From Prevotella sp. (GTDB lineage: Bacteria; Bacteroidota; Bacteroidia; Bacteroidales; Bacteroidaceae), in contig JAJPYN010000011.1 in the NCBI GenBank assembly GCA_021204905.1, forward strand, positions 16,803-80,802: DNA of 64,000 nucleotides. The letters run 5' to 3'. Every line of letters starts with the position of its first letter. The stretch's first letter is position 1. Made by a program: the position numbers and the translations under genes. Under the pieces are notes generated by a model, which saw only the letters and a program-made list of their open reading frames with translations, was not told the origin of the DNA and ran no database searches. Of this stretch, positions 55,582-64,000 are shown in pieces.

Positions 55582-55610
55582 CAATTCTTTCACGGGCTAA
55601 TAGGAAGGAA

Positions 55611-55838
55611 ATGAACTGTTTGGAATATAAAGGTTACAGGGGCTCGATAGAGTACAGCCGTGCCGACAAGTGTTATCACGGCAAGGTTATGGGGATGAAA
55701 GGCATTCTCATTAATTATGAGGGCGACACTTTGGACGAACTTCGCAAGGACTTTGAGGACGGTATCGACGACTATCTCGAAGGGCTTATGGCGGAAGGTA
55801 TCATCGCTTCGCCCGCCCGTGAGGACATCATAGAATAA
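55611..55838 (+). CDS. HicB-like antitoxin-family protein (orphan)
   Basis: The 75-aa product carries MNCLEYKGYRGSIEYSRADKCYHGKV..INYEGDTLDELRKDFEDGIDDYLE, which is typical of the HicB N-terminal domain. Confidence 0.6.
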   Translation: MNCLEYKGYRGSIEYSRADKCYHGKVMGMKGILINYEGDTLDELRKDFEDGIDDYLEGLMAEGIIASPAREDIIE

Positions 55839-55857
55839 TTAAAACGCAAGAAATATC

Positions 55858-57063
55858 ATGCCGGAAATATCCGTTCGCGGGCAGGAGATGCCCGAATCGC
55901 CTATCCGCAAGTTGGCACCGCTGGCAGTGGCGGCAGAGCGTCGGGGCGTCCGCGTCTATCATCTCAACATCGGTCAGCCGGACTTGCCCACGCCGAAAGT
56001 GGGGCTCGACGCGCTGAAAACCATCGACCGCACCGTCTTGGAGTACTCCCCGTCGCAGGGCATACAGTCGTACCGGGAGAAGCTGGTCGGCTATTATAAG
56101 AAATATAACATCAACGTTGACGCCGACGACATCATCATCACGTCGGGCGGGAGCGAGGCTGTCCTCTTTGCATTCCTGTCGTGTCTCAACCCGGGCGACG
56201 AGATATTGGTGCCCGAACCCGCATACGCGAACTACATGGCGTTTGCAATCTCCGCCGGCGCAGTTATCCGCACGGTTACCACGACCATCGACGAGGGTTT
56301 CTCATTGCCTAAGGTGGAGAAGTTTGAAGAGCTCATCAACGAGCGCACGAGGGCGATAATGATTTGCAACCCGAATAACCCGACGGGCTACCTTTATACG
56401 CGCAAGGAGATGGAGCAGATACGTGCGATGGTGCAGAAATACGACTTGTACCTTTTCTCCGACGAGGTCTACCGCGAATATATCTACACCGGCAGCCCCT
56501 ATATCTCCGCCTGCCACCTCGAGGGAATACAGAACAACGTCATCCTAATCGACTCCGTGTCGAAGCGATACTCCGAGTGCGGCATCCGCATAGGTGCGCT
56601 GATAACGAAGAATAAAGAGGTTCGCGCCGCGGTGATGAAGTTCTGTCAGGCACGCCTCTCGCCGCCTCTGATAGGGCAAATCATTGCCGAAGCGTCGCTC
56701 GATGCCGAGGAGGAATACTACCGCAGCGTATACGACGAATACGTGGAGCGCCGCAAATGCCTCATCGACGGTCTGAACAGGATACCCGGCGTGTATTCTC
56801 CCATACCGATGGGGGCATTCTATACCGTGGCGCGACTGCCGGTGGACGACAGCGAGAAGTTCTGCCGCTGGTGCTTGGAGGAATTTTCTTACGAGGGCGC
56901 GACGGTGATGATGGCTCCCGCGTCAGGCTTTTACACCACTCCGGGCGTGGGCGTCGACGAGGTGCGCATCGCCTACGTGCTGAACAAGAGCGACCTGAAA
57001 CGCGCATTACTTGTATTGTATAAAGCCCTCGAAGCCTATCCGGGACGGAAGCGCAACGACTGA
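55858..57063 (+). CDS. PLP-dependent aminotransferase, class I (aspartate aminotransferase-like)
   Basis: Motifs ESPIRKL, NPNNPTG and SVSKRYSECGIRIG (Lys) are present. Confidence 0.85.
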   Translation: MPEISVRGQEMPESPIRKLAPLAVAAERRGVRVYHLNIGQPDLPTPKVGLDALKTIDRTVLEYSPSQGIQSYREKLVGYYKKYNINVDADDIIITSGGSEAVLFAFLSCLNPGDEILVPEPAYANYMAFAISAGAVIRTVTTTIDEGFSLPKVEKFEELINERTRAIMICNPNNPTGYLYTRKEMEQIRAMVQKYDLYLFSDEVYREYIYTGSPYISACHLEGIQNNVILIDSVSKRYSECGIRIGALITKNKEVRAAVMKFCQARLSPPLIGQIIAEASLDAEEEYYRSVYDEYVERRKCLIDGLNRIPGVYSPIPMGAFYTVARLPVDDSEKFCRWCLEEFSYEGATVMMAPASGFYTTPGVGVDEVRIAYVLNKSDLKRALLVLYKALEAYPGRKRND

Positions 57064-58310
57064 TGAGCCTCCCCCTTTTCATATCGCGAAGGATCTACGC
57101 CGGCAATAATGACGGGCGGAAAGTGTCGCGCCCGGCGGTCAGGATAGCCGTTGCGGGCGTGGCGATAGGGCTCGCGGTGATGATCATTTCCGTCAGCGTG
57201 GTGATCGGTTTCAAACGTTCGATACGCGAGAAAGTAACGGGCTTCGGCGGCAGCATACAGGTCGCCAACTACCGGACGTTGCAGTCGTCGGAGTTTCTGC
57301 CCGTCTGCGTGGGCGACTCCATGCTGGACGTGCTGCGCAATATCGATGGTGTAACGCACGCGGAACGGTTCTGCACGGCGCAGGGAATGCTGAAGACGGA
57401 CGACGATTTCCTCGGTGTAACATTCAAAGGAGTGGCGGAAGAATGGGACTCCACATTTATTCACGACAACCTGAAAGCGGGGTCGATACCCGTGTTTTCC
57501 GCCGATACGAGCTCTAACAACATAGTTATCTCGCGCTCAATAGCAAAGAAACTGCGGCTCGAAGCGGGTCAAAGGGTGTTCGCATATTTCTTCGACGGCG
57601 ACGGCGTGCGTATGCGGCGCTTCACCGTAGCGGGCATCTACGAGACCAATCTCTCGCAATACGACGACGTGATGTGCTTCACCGACCTCCACACAACGGT
57701 GCGGCTGAACGGCTGGACGGGCGAGGAGGCGCTCGGCGCGGAGCTGTCCGTGAGCGACTTTTCCATGCTCGACCGCATCGAGGACAACGTTGTGGCGCGC
57801 GTCAACCGCACCACCGACAGCGAGGGACGCACCTTCTCGTCGCTGACAATCAAGGAGCTCAACCCACAAATCTTCGCGTGGCTCGACCTGCTCGATATGA
57901 ACGTCTGGGTGATCCTCGCACTGATGCTGCTCGTGGCAAGCGTAACAATCATCTCCGGCCTGTTGATAATAATCCTCGAGCGCACCGCGATGATCGGCAT
58001 CCTCAAAGCCCTCGGCGCACGCAACATCATCATCCGCCGCACATTCCTCTGGTTCGGACTCTTCATCACAAGCAAAGGCATGCTCATCGGCGACATCATC
58101 GCCATCGCCATCCTGCTGCTGCAACGCTTCACAGGCTTCATCCGCCTCGACCCCGCAACCTACTACGTGAGCGCCGTGCCTGTCGATTTCAACATCCCGC
58201 TGTTCCTCGCGCTCAACATCGCCACGCTCGTCGTAAGCCTGCTCGTGCTGCTCCTGCCGAGCCTGATAATCGCCGGAATAAGACCCGCGAAGGCCATGCG
58301 GTTTGATTAA
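57063..58310 (+). CDS. FtsX-like ABC transporter permease (LolC/E family)
   Basis: 415 aa with 4 TM helices and a large periplasmic loop. The start shares 1 nt with the preceding stop. Confidence 0.8.
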   Translation: MSLPLFISRRIYAGNNDGRKVSRPAVRIAVAGVAIGLAVMIISVSVVIGFKRSIREKVTGFGGSIQVANYRTLQSSEFLPVCVGDSMLDVLRNIDGVTHAERFCTAQGMLKTDDDFLGVTFKGVAEEWDSTFIHDNLKAGSIPVFSADTSSNNIVISRSIAKKLRLEAGQRVFAYFFDGDGVRMRRFTVAGIYETNLSQYDDVMCFTDLHTTVRLNGWTGEEALGAELSVSDFSMLDRIEDNVVARVNRTTDSEGRTFSSLTIKELNPQIFAWLDLLDMNVWVILALMLLVASVTIISGLLIIILERTAMIGILKALGARNIIIRRTFLWFGLFITSKGMLIGDIIAIAILLLQRFTGFIRLDPATYYVSAVPVDFNIPLFLALNIATLVVSLLVLLLPSLIIAGIRPAKAMRFD

Positions 58311-58378
58311 AATATTAGTAGTAACTAATTGAAAATCAGTATATTAAATTAAATTAGACAAAGCTTGAATCATCTATT

Positions 58379-60082
58379 ATGCAAATAATTAAATCGTTGC
58401 TCGCCGGCTTAATACTCGTTGCAACAAACACCTTTGCAGCCATTCCCGAAGGCTATTACTCCGCCGTCGACGGGCTTGCCGCTAATGAACTGAAAAGTGC
58501 GCTAACGAGCATCATTAGCAAACATAACACATTGGCTTACAGCGACTTATGGGATTACTACCCTTACACTTATTATTGCCTCGACAACCCCGATCAGGTA
58601 CTCGACCTTTACTCGTCCGACGTAACCTATTTTTCGAACTATTCCGCGCTGAACAGGGAGCATGTCGTGCCGCAAGCGTGGTGGGGCGGAAGCACGGACT
58701 CGGGACCCGGCTGCGACCTGTTCAACGTCATCCCCAGCGAGACCAAGGCCAACAGCGCGAAAGCCGATTATCCGCTCGGAAAAGTCGCAACTGCAACCTT
58801 CGACAACGGCGTAATCAAAGTGGGCAGCTCGGCCGTGAGCGGCTACACGGGCAACGTCTTCGAGCCTGTCGACAAATATAAAGGCGATTTCGCGCGCATC
58901 TATCTCTACGTCGCCGCGTGCTACCCCGGCATCGCGTGGGACGACAACAAAGCCGACGCTATGACCGACTCCGACGATATGACCTTGAAGTCGTGGATTA
59001 TCCCCACCCTGCTCGAATGGAACGCCGCCGACCCCGTCGATGAGGCCGAAATACAGCGCAACGAGGACATCGCGAAGTACCAAGCCAACCGCAACCCGTT
59101 CATCGATTACCCCGAGCTGGCCGATTACATCTGGGGCAATAACAGCAGCCAAAAATTCAACCTCGCCGAGCACGTTGCAAACGAAGGGCAGCCCAACACA
59201 AGCCTTAAAACAAAAGCGCCCGTGTTCAGCCTCGACTACGGCACGCCCGACAATCCGAAAGCCATCGCCGACGGCACCACCCTCATCGTCCGAGCCGGCG
59301 CAGCCTACGCCACATTGCACGTCCGCGTCAACAGCGGCAGCTGGCAACAAGCAACCTATTCTGTCTCGAACGGCAAAATCACCTTCGCGCAAATCGCCGT
59401 AACCATCAGCGGCGAAACGACCGTCGAGACCTTTTGCACCAACGACGGCTATGCCGACAGCGACACCATCACCGCCTGCTTCAGCGGCACCGACCTCGCC
59501 AACCAATACCTGCTCTACGAAGCGTTCGACGCCGTCACAACAGGCGGAAACACGCTCACCGGCGACTCAGGCACGCGATGGTCCGGCAACGACAATTTCC
59601 CCGACGTCAGCAACGCATTCTGCGCGGGATACGCCCTCCGGCTCGGCTCGAGCAGCGACACCGGCAGCATCACCTCGCGCACGCTCAACACCGCCGGAGG
59701 CACAATAGCCATTAGCCTCGACATCAAAGGTTGGACCACCGTCGAAGGCGACATCACCGTCAGCCTCACAGGCGCCGCCAAACAAACCGTAACCTACTCC
59801 GCCACCATCGCCGACGACTTCGAGCACGCCGCGCTCACTTTCACGAACGTCAGTGCCAACCCGACGCTCACCATCGCCACCACAGCCAAGCGCGCGTTCG
59901 TCGACAACATCATTGTTTACAGCACAACCAGCGGCATCGAGGCGATAAATTTTAAGGAGGCCGACGATGTAAATTCAAGTTCAAATTCAAGTGCAAGCGC
60001 GACTTTCAACCTTGCCGGCCAGCGCATTAACGCAAACACGCGCGGCATCGTCATTCAGAACGGCAAGAAAGTTTTAAGGTAA
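58379..60082 (+). CDS. endonuclease I family nuclease with a T9SS CTD
   Basis: A signal peptide is present. REHVVPQAWWGG and DLFNVIPSETKANSAKADYPLG are Endonuclease_1 motifs. The C-terminus is ..FNLAGQRINANTRGIVIQNGKKVLR. Confidence 0.75.
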   Translation: MQIIKSLLAGLILVATNTFAAIPEGYYSAVDGLAANELKSALTSIISKHNTLAYSDLWDYYPYTYYCLDNPDQVLDLYSSDVTYFSNYSALNREHVVPQAWWGGSTDSGPGCDLFNVIPSETKANSAKADYPLGKVATATFDNGVIKVGSSAVSGYTGNVFEPVDKYKGDFARIYLYVAACYPGIAWDDNKADAMTDSDDMTLKSWIIPTLLEWNAADPVDEAEIQRNEDIAKYQANRNPFIDYPELADYIWGNNSSQKFNLAEHVANEGQPNTSLKTKAPVFSLDYGTPDNPKAIADGTTLIVRAGAAYATLHVRVNSGSWQQATYSVSNGKITFAQIAVTISGETTVETFCTNDGYADSDTITACFSGTDLANQYLLYEAFDAVTTGGNTLTGDSGTRWSGNDNFPDVSNAFCAGYALRLGSSSDTGSITSRTLNTAGGTIAISLDIKGWTTVEGDITVSLTGAAKQTVTYSATIADDFEHAALTFTNVSANPTLTIATTAKRAFVDNIIVYSTTSGIEAINFKEADDVNSSSNSSASATFNLAGQRINANTRGIVIQNGKKVLR

Positions 60083-60227
60083 AGTTTTTATGCGTGCCGA
60101 ATTATCGTGCAAACGAGAGCAGAGCCGAACTTGTTCGAGCTTTGCCGAGTGCAGCCGATGATGACCGATTTATCGGGCAAGGTACGCGATAAGAGTAACC
60201 GTAGGTTTCAACCTACGGAAAAGAAGG

Positions 60228-60387
60228 CATAGTAGTAAAATGCGTGCCGAAGGTACGCGACATCCTAAGTAATTGAGATTATTGTTGAAACGCAGGCGAC
60301 ACTAACAACTGCTGCTCTTCGCGCAAGGTTGAGTCGGACTACAGTAGCAACTAAGATAAACTTTTTTCGAGCTAAACTCCGCTCGCT
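60228..60387 (-). repeat. Family-A intergenic repeat, long copy c7 (inverted partner of c6)
   Basis: The sequence is gcatagtagtaaaatgcgtgccgaaggtacgcgac..aattgagattattgttgaaacgcaggcgacac...gagtcggactacagtagcaactaagataaactttttt..aaactccgctcgc. Confidence 0.9.
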
Positions 60388-60437
60388 GAACAAACCTCAG
60401 GCAAGCTTCAAACAACCAATCAGCCTAATCAACCGAA

Positions 60438-61310
60438 TCAACCGAGGTACTTCATTAAAATTTTAATGTTGCCCGAGTCGCGCAGTTTCGCAATCGACTT
60501 CTCACGAATCTGGCGCACACGTTCGCGCGTCAGGCCGAGCTGGTCGCCGATCTCCTCGAGCCCTTTCTCCGGACAACCGATGCCGAAGCACTCGCGGATA
60601 ATGGTAATCTCGCGGTCGCGCAGCACCTTGTTGAGCACCGAATCGAGCTCAAGCGCCATCGACTCGTGGTCGGCGTGGCGGTCGGTGCTCGTGTCGTCGC
60701 CCGAAGGGATCACGTCGAGCATGCAGTTGTCCTCGCCCTCTTGGAACGGCGCGTCGATCGACACGTGATGGCCGTCCGCCATAAGGCTCTGCCCTATTTT
60801 CTCCTCGTCGATCTGCGTAACCTCCGACAGCTCGCTCACCGACGGGTGGCGCTGGTTCTCCTGCTCGAACTTGTTTATCTCGTGGTTGATTTTATTGAGC
60901 GACCCCACCTGATTTAAGGGCAAACGCACGATGCGGCTCTGCTCGGCGATGGCTTGCAGGATGCTCTGGCGTATCCACCACACCGCGTAGGAGATGAACT
61001 TAAACCCGCGCGTCTCGTCGAACTTCTGCGCCGCCTTGATCAAGCCTATGTTGCCCTCGTCGATGAGGTCGGTAAGGCTCAACCCTTGGTGCTGGTACTG
61101 CTTGGCCACCGACACGACGAAGCGCAGGTTGGCCGTAACGAGCTTGTCCTTGGCCTTCTCGCCCTCGACGCCGCCCTTCTTGATTTTTTGCGCAAGCTCA
61201 ATCTCCTCGTCGATAGAGATGAGCGGCGCGCGCCCTATTTCGACCAGATACTTGTCAAGAGCCTCGCTCGAACGGTTGGTGATGCTCTTCTGAATCTTTA
61301 ATTGTCTCAT
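60438..61310 (-). CDS. rpoD: RNA polymerase primary sigma factor (Bacteroidota sigma-A)
   Basis: 290 aa with NLRFVVSVAKQY, GNIGLIKAAQKFD, YAVWWIRQSI and the region 4 motif LTRERVRQIREKS. Confidence 0.93.
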   Translation of the reverse strand: MRQLKIQKSITNRSSEALDKYLVEIGRAPLISIDEEIELAQKIKKGGVEGEKAKDKLVTANLRFVVSVAKQYQHQGLSLTDLIDEGNIGLIKAAQKFDETRGFKFISYAVWWIRQSILQAIAEQSRIVRLPLNQVGSLNKINHEINKFEQENQRHPSVSELSEVTQIDEEKIGQSLMADGHHVSIDAPFQEGEDNCMLDVIPSGDDTSTDRHADHESMALELDSVLNKVLRDREITIIRECFGIGCPEKGLEEIGDQLGLTRERVRQIREKSIAKLRDSGNIKILMKYLG

Positions 61311-61376
61311 CCAAAATTGATATTATCCTAAACGCGACGCGCGAAATGCCAAGATGATTAATCCGCGTGCAAAGGG

Positions 61377-61384
61377 CAAATGTA
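61377..61384 (-). promoter_or_regulatory. -7 box (TACATTTG) for rpoD
   Basis: The reverse complement of caaatgta is TACATTTG, 67 nt upstream of the ATG at 61310. Confidence 0.45.
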
Positions 61385-61433
61385 GCATTATGACGCGAAT
61401 TAAATGCCGTTTATTGCGAAGATATAACTTAAA

Positions 61434-61967
61434 TTATGTTTCTTTTTCGTTTGTTTTCAAGATAATCGATGTCGCACCGAGCGTGAACAGCGTGCCGTCG
61501 GAGATGATGCGCCGCTCGTTCTTGGCAAGCAGGTCGCCGCCGACGAAGGTGCCGGTGAACGAGGGTCCGTCGCGCAGGACATACTGCAAGCGCCCGTGCT
61601 TGTCGTGCCGCACGGTGAGCACGCAATGGAGCATGTCGAGACTCGGGTCGCCGCTCTCTATCGCGCAGTCGACAGTGTTTCCGGGTTGGTAGCGGCCGAT
61701 GGTGTTGTCGCCCGGTTTCAGCGGCAGGATCTGCTTGAAAGCGAACATATTCTCGATGACGATGAGCTCGCCGAAAGCATTCTCACGCGCAGCCTCGGCC
61801 TCGTTGACCGGCGCGTTTTGCATCTCGCGCAGAGGCGTGGCACCGATGCGTATGCCGAACTGCTTGCCGCAGCTATCGCATTGAAACACAAGGTCTTGAC
61901 CCTTGGGATATCTGGTCTCGTCGAAGATGACATAGTTGTCGCAACGAGGGCAGCGCACGCGTTTCAT
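61434..61967 (-). CDS. zinc-ribbon plus FHA-domain protein
   Basis: An N-terminal CPRCDN..CDSCGK motif is followed by an FHA-like C-terminus (TIGRYQPGN..DMLHCVLTV..RDGPSFTGTFVGG..ISDGTLFTLG). Confidence 0.7.
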   Translation of the reverse strand: MKRVRCPRCDNYVIFDETRYPKGQDLVFQCDSCGKQFGIRIGATPLREMQNAPVNEAEAARENAFGELIVIENMFAFKQILPLKPGDNTIGRYQPGNTVDCAIESGDPSLDMLHCVLTVRHDKHGRLQYVLRDGPSFTGTFVGGDLLAKNERRIISDGTLFTLGATSIILKTNEKET

Positions 61968-62005
61968 GGCGGTGTGTACTTTCTTTGTAAATGGTTGAAA
62001 ATCAG

Positions 62006-63097
62006 TTATTTAAGTGCGGTAACCCACGCGTCGGCGAGCTCGCTGTTCTTGGCCAATGCGCGGCGTGCCTGCTGCGCCTCGTCGAGCGTTGCATAGCGCC
62101 CGGACACCACGCGCAGGTCCTTGCCCTCGCCAATCTGCTCCGCCGTGATGCCGCCCTCGGCCAGATGCTCCACGAAGCGGCGCGCGTTTGTCGCGGAGAC
62201 CCTTGCGGCAAGCACCACGGTGTACTTCGCGTCTTCGGCATTTGCGGCGAGGCTATCTGTTTTTTCGGAAGAAACAACTTCGGAAGAAGGCTCAACAGAC
62301 GAAGCATCTCCGGAAGCAAGTTCGTTGGCGGAAGAGACAGTAGTAGTTGCTACTTCAACGCTGCTCTGCGGCGCGCTATTTCGCGTGAATAAGTTTTCGA
62401 TACTGTCAAAATTGATGCCGCCGGTGAGCGCGTGCGTGTTAACATTCTTGCCGATGAACGGAATCGACGCGACAATCATCAGCGCGATGCAGGCTGCGGC
62501 GGTCCAGCGAAGAGCCTTGCGCGGGATTTTTATCACGACATATTCCCCGTTCAATTCCTCCTCGCCCACCTCGATTTCATCAATGTTTACAGGCACTTCC
62601 GACGTTTCTTCAAAGGCATTCTCTTTCAAAGCGGCATCTTCTGCTTGATTTTCATCTAAAACCATCGCTGCGGAAAGGAAGCACTCGGAGCGGGCGGTAT
62701 CGACGGGCGCAAGACCGAAAAGGCTCGGGTTGGCGATGCCCGCAGGCGAGGGTTCGAACTCGAGTTTGCCGTTGGCCGCGAGCGTTAAAACGCCGACCGA
62801 ACGGAACTCGAACTGCCCGTCCTCACGCAGCTTGGCGCGCAATTGCTCAATCTCGCTCTCGACCACGCTCAGAGCCTCGGGGAAGCTGTAATCGTAGGCC
62901 TCGACATACGACTGGACGAGCAGCGAATCGTTCATCGTCAGCTGCGGGTTGAAGCCGGCGGTCTCCATCGGCGGCAGGAGGCGGCAGCCCTCGGTGCGCG
63001 CGCTGACCCGGTGCTTCACGAAGCCGCCGAAGCCCGGCAGGATGACGCAATCGCACCTGAGCAGCAGTAATTCGATATGCCTGTCTAAGCGAAACAT
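62006..63097 (-). CDS. HU-CCDC81-like plus SPOR domain protein
   Basis: The N-terminus carries CVILPGFGGFVKH, followed by one TM. The C-terminal SPOR-like sequence is YTVVLAARVSATNARRFVEHL..RVVSGRYATLDEAQQAR. Confidence 0.7.
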   Translation of the reverse strand: MFRLDRHIELLLLRCDCVILPGFGGFVKHRVSARTEGCRLLPPMETAGFNPQLTMNDSLLVQSYVEAYDYSFPEALSVVESEIEQLRAKLREDGQFEFRSVGVLTLAANGKLEFEPSPAGIANPSLFGLAPVDTARSECFLSAAMVLDENQAEDAALKENAFEETSEVPVNIDEIEVGEEELNGEYVVIKIPRKALRWTAAACIALMIVASIPFIGKNVNTHALTGGINFDSIENLFTRNSAPQSSVEVATTTVSSANELASGDASSVEPSSEVVSSEKTDSLAANAEDAKYTVVLAARVSATNARRFVEHLAEGGITAEQIGEGKDLRVVSGRYATLDEAQQARRALAKNSELADAWVTALK

Positions 63098-63271
63098 TTT
63101 TTTGTTTAAGCAAAAGCGGATTCCCGCAGGTTTGCCCGATATGTTTTTGGGAACCCGGCCGCGAAGATAAAGAAAATTTCCCGCCCGAAGAAATGATTGT
63201 CGCGAAATGAATGTTAATTTTTAGGTTGTAAGGTCCTAAGGTTTTGAGGTTTTAACCCATAACCTCGAGAG

Positions 63272-63474
63272 TACGTCGGAGACGTTACATAAGCATAGCC
63301 CCACGTTTTTACGTGGGGTATTGGCAAGCAAGAAGAAAACAACGTCGGAGATGTTGAATAAGGACATATTGATTGCGTTATCCCTATGCAACGTCTCCGA
63401 CGTTGATAACTACTCTTGCAACTTGCCCCACGTAAAAACGCGGGGCTAACCCTATTACGATGTCTCCGACATCT
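63272..63474. repeat. two inverted copies (X2, X3) of the three-hairpin composite repeat
   Basis: 63272-63356 is the reverse complement of the unit at 48708-48796. 63383-63474 is the forward copy. Together they form a ~200-bp palindromic block. Confidence 0.85.
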
Positions 63475-63496
63475 GGTATTGCCTCACAACCTGACA

Positions 63497-63655
63497 ATTA
63501 CCAATCGCTGTCGGGGGCGTCGTCCCACTCCGAATCCTTCGTGTAGTTACCTTCAACTTTGCCCTTGGTAGGGCTGCCGTATCCCAAGTCGTCTTGAAGG
63601 AATGCCTCGAGGTCGGTTACCAGCGTTTTCGTTGCGGGTTTGATATATTTCTTCA
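63497..63655 (-). CDS. small acidic Trp-containing peptide (52 aa); not in the supplied ORF track
   Basis: I translated it by hand as MKKYIKPATKTLVTDLEAFLQDDLGYGSPTKGKVEGNYTKDSEWDDAPDSDW*. It begins 20 nt downstream of the cargo-gene stop and resembles the peptide at 25643. Confidence 0.4.
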
Positions 63656-63675
63656 TGATTGTCAGGGTTTTAAGA

Positions 63676-64000
63676 TTATTGTTTCACCACTTTCCGGCCG
63701 TCGACGATGTAAATGCCTTTTTTCGACATATCGCCGACGCGCACGCCTTGGAGGTTGTAGATTGTCTTAGTTGCAACTTGAACGTCAGCACTCGCGGCGG
63801 AAATGCCGGTGGTTTCGTTGTCGGTGGCGTTATTGTCAGGCTCGATGTCGTTTTCGCCCTCAAGAGGATAGAACGAGATTTTCGCGTCGCCGCTACTGTC
63901 GGTCGTCTCTTTCGGGATGGCGAGCCAAGCCAATTTCGCGCCGTTTGTGAAAGGTCCGCCGCAGTTGGTAGCATTATCGCCTTCGGTGTCGCCCCAATAG
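63676..64000 (-). CDS. 3' part of a T9SS-cargo gene (continues beyond the window)
   Basis: The frame stays open to position 64000, and the track's M at 63933 is an internal TTG. An acidic linker precedes the CTD ..IYNLQGVRVGDMSKKGIYIVDGRKVVKQ. Confidence 0.75.
   Translation of the reverse strand, partial: YWGDTEGDNATNCGGPFTNGAKLAWLAIPKETTDSSGDAKISFYPLEGENDIEPDNNATDNETTGISAASADVQVATKTIYNLQGVRVGDMSKKGIYIVDGRKVVKQ

Noticed and set aside
55476-55610. A HicA toxin encoded in the in-frame region upstream of hicB
   Set aside because: The translated sequence (MTKEKLRPLQGRRQSRAEPKILRPN...) has no HicA-like features. It also overlaps the CotH gene start and promoter region.

Overview
This is a 64-kb chromosomal window from a high-GC member of Bacteroidota, probably Bacteroidales. 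Most genes look about 58-65% GC by eye. The phylum call rests on TAnnTTTG -7 promoter boxes upstream of many genes, five ORFs ending in T9SS-type C-terminal sorting domains, a T9SS-plug-like gene and a gldB-like gene, a short 290-aa RpoD, and typical neighbourhoods (sigma54 ATPase-lptE-like-TPR-secG; DUF4827-glmM; rplU-rpmA). I call about 60 protein genes and 2 tRNAs (His-GTG, Phe-GAA). I found no rRNA, no CRISPR array and no intact mobile element. Most of the window is housekeeping: hisS, purA, rplU/rpmA, rlmN, pdxA, secG, thyA, exbBD, glmM, nrnA, metY, ppiD, lepA, yggS, rpoD. It also carries secreted T9SS cargo: a GH5 cellulase, a CotH protein and an endonuclease I. Five things stand out. 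(1) A tightly packed six-gene operon at 38.05-46.1 kb contains a tandemly duplicated pair, a polytopic membrane protein with a helical-repeat C-terminus plus a lipoprotein with a conserved CXXCH motif and PD40/TolB-like propeller repeats. A DUF4369-like lipoprotein and a RidA/chorismatase-like enzyme complete it. I cannot assign a function and rank it as the best candidate for an undescribed system. (2) A lower-GC islet lies directly downstream of tRNA-His (13.2-18.5 kb). It encodes a DUF308 membrane protein, a signal-less SIMPL protein, a 755-aa WG-repeat/unknown-domain/macrodomain fusion, a truncated T9SS-CTD remnant, an excisionase-type HTH and an ASCH-like protein. (3) Intergenic repeats are unusually dense: a ~105-175-bp element in at least 7 copies, a three-hairpin ~90-bp element in 3 copies, shorter hairpin families and a 22-bp x6 tandem array. 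(4) Two small acidic Trp-containing peptide genes look related, and one sits behind a G9 tract in its putative promoter. (5) A 33-nt ATG-containing triplication lies at the start of the lptE-like gene. All family assignments come from motif recognition by eye. No database search was run.
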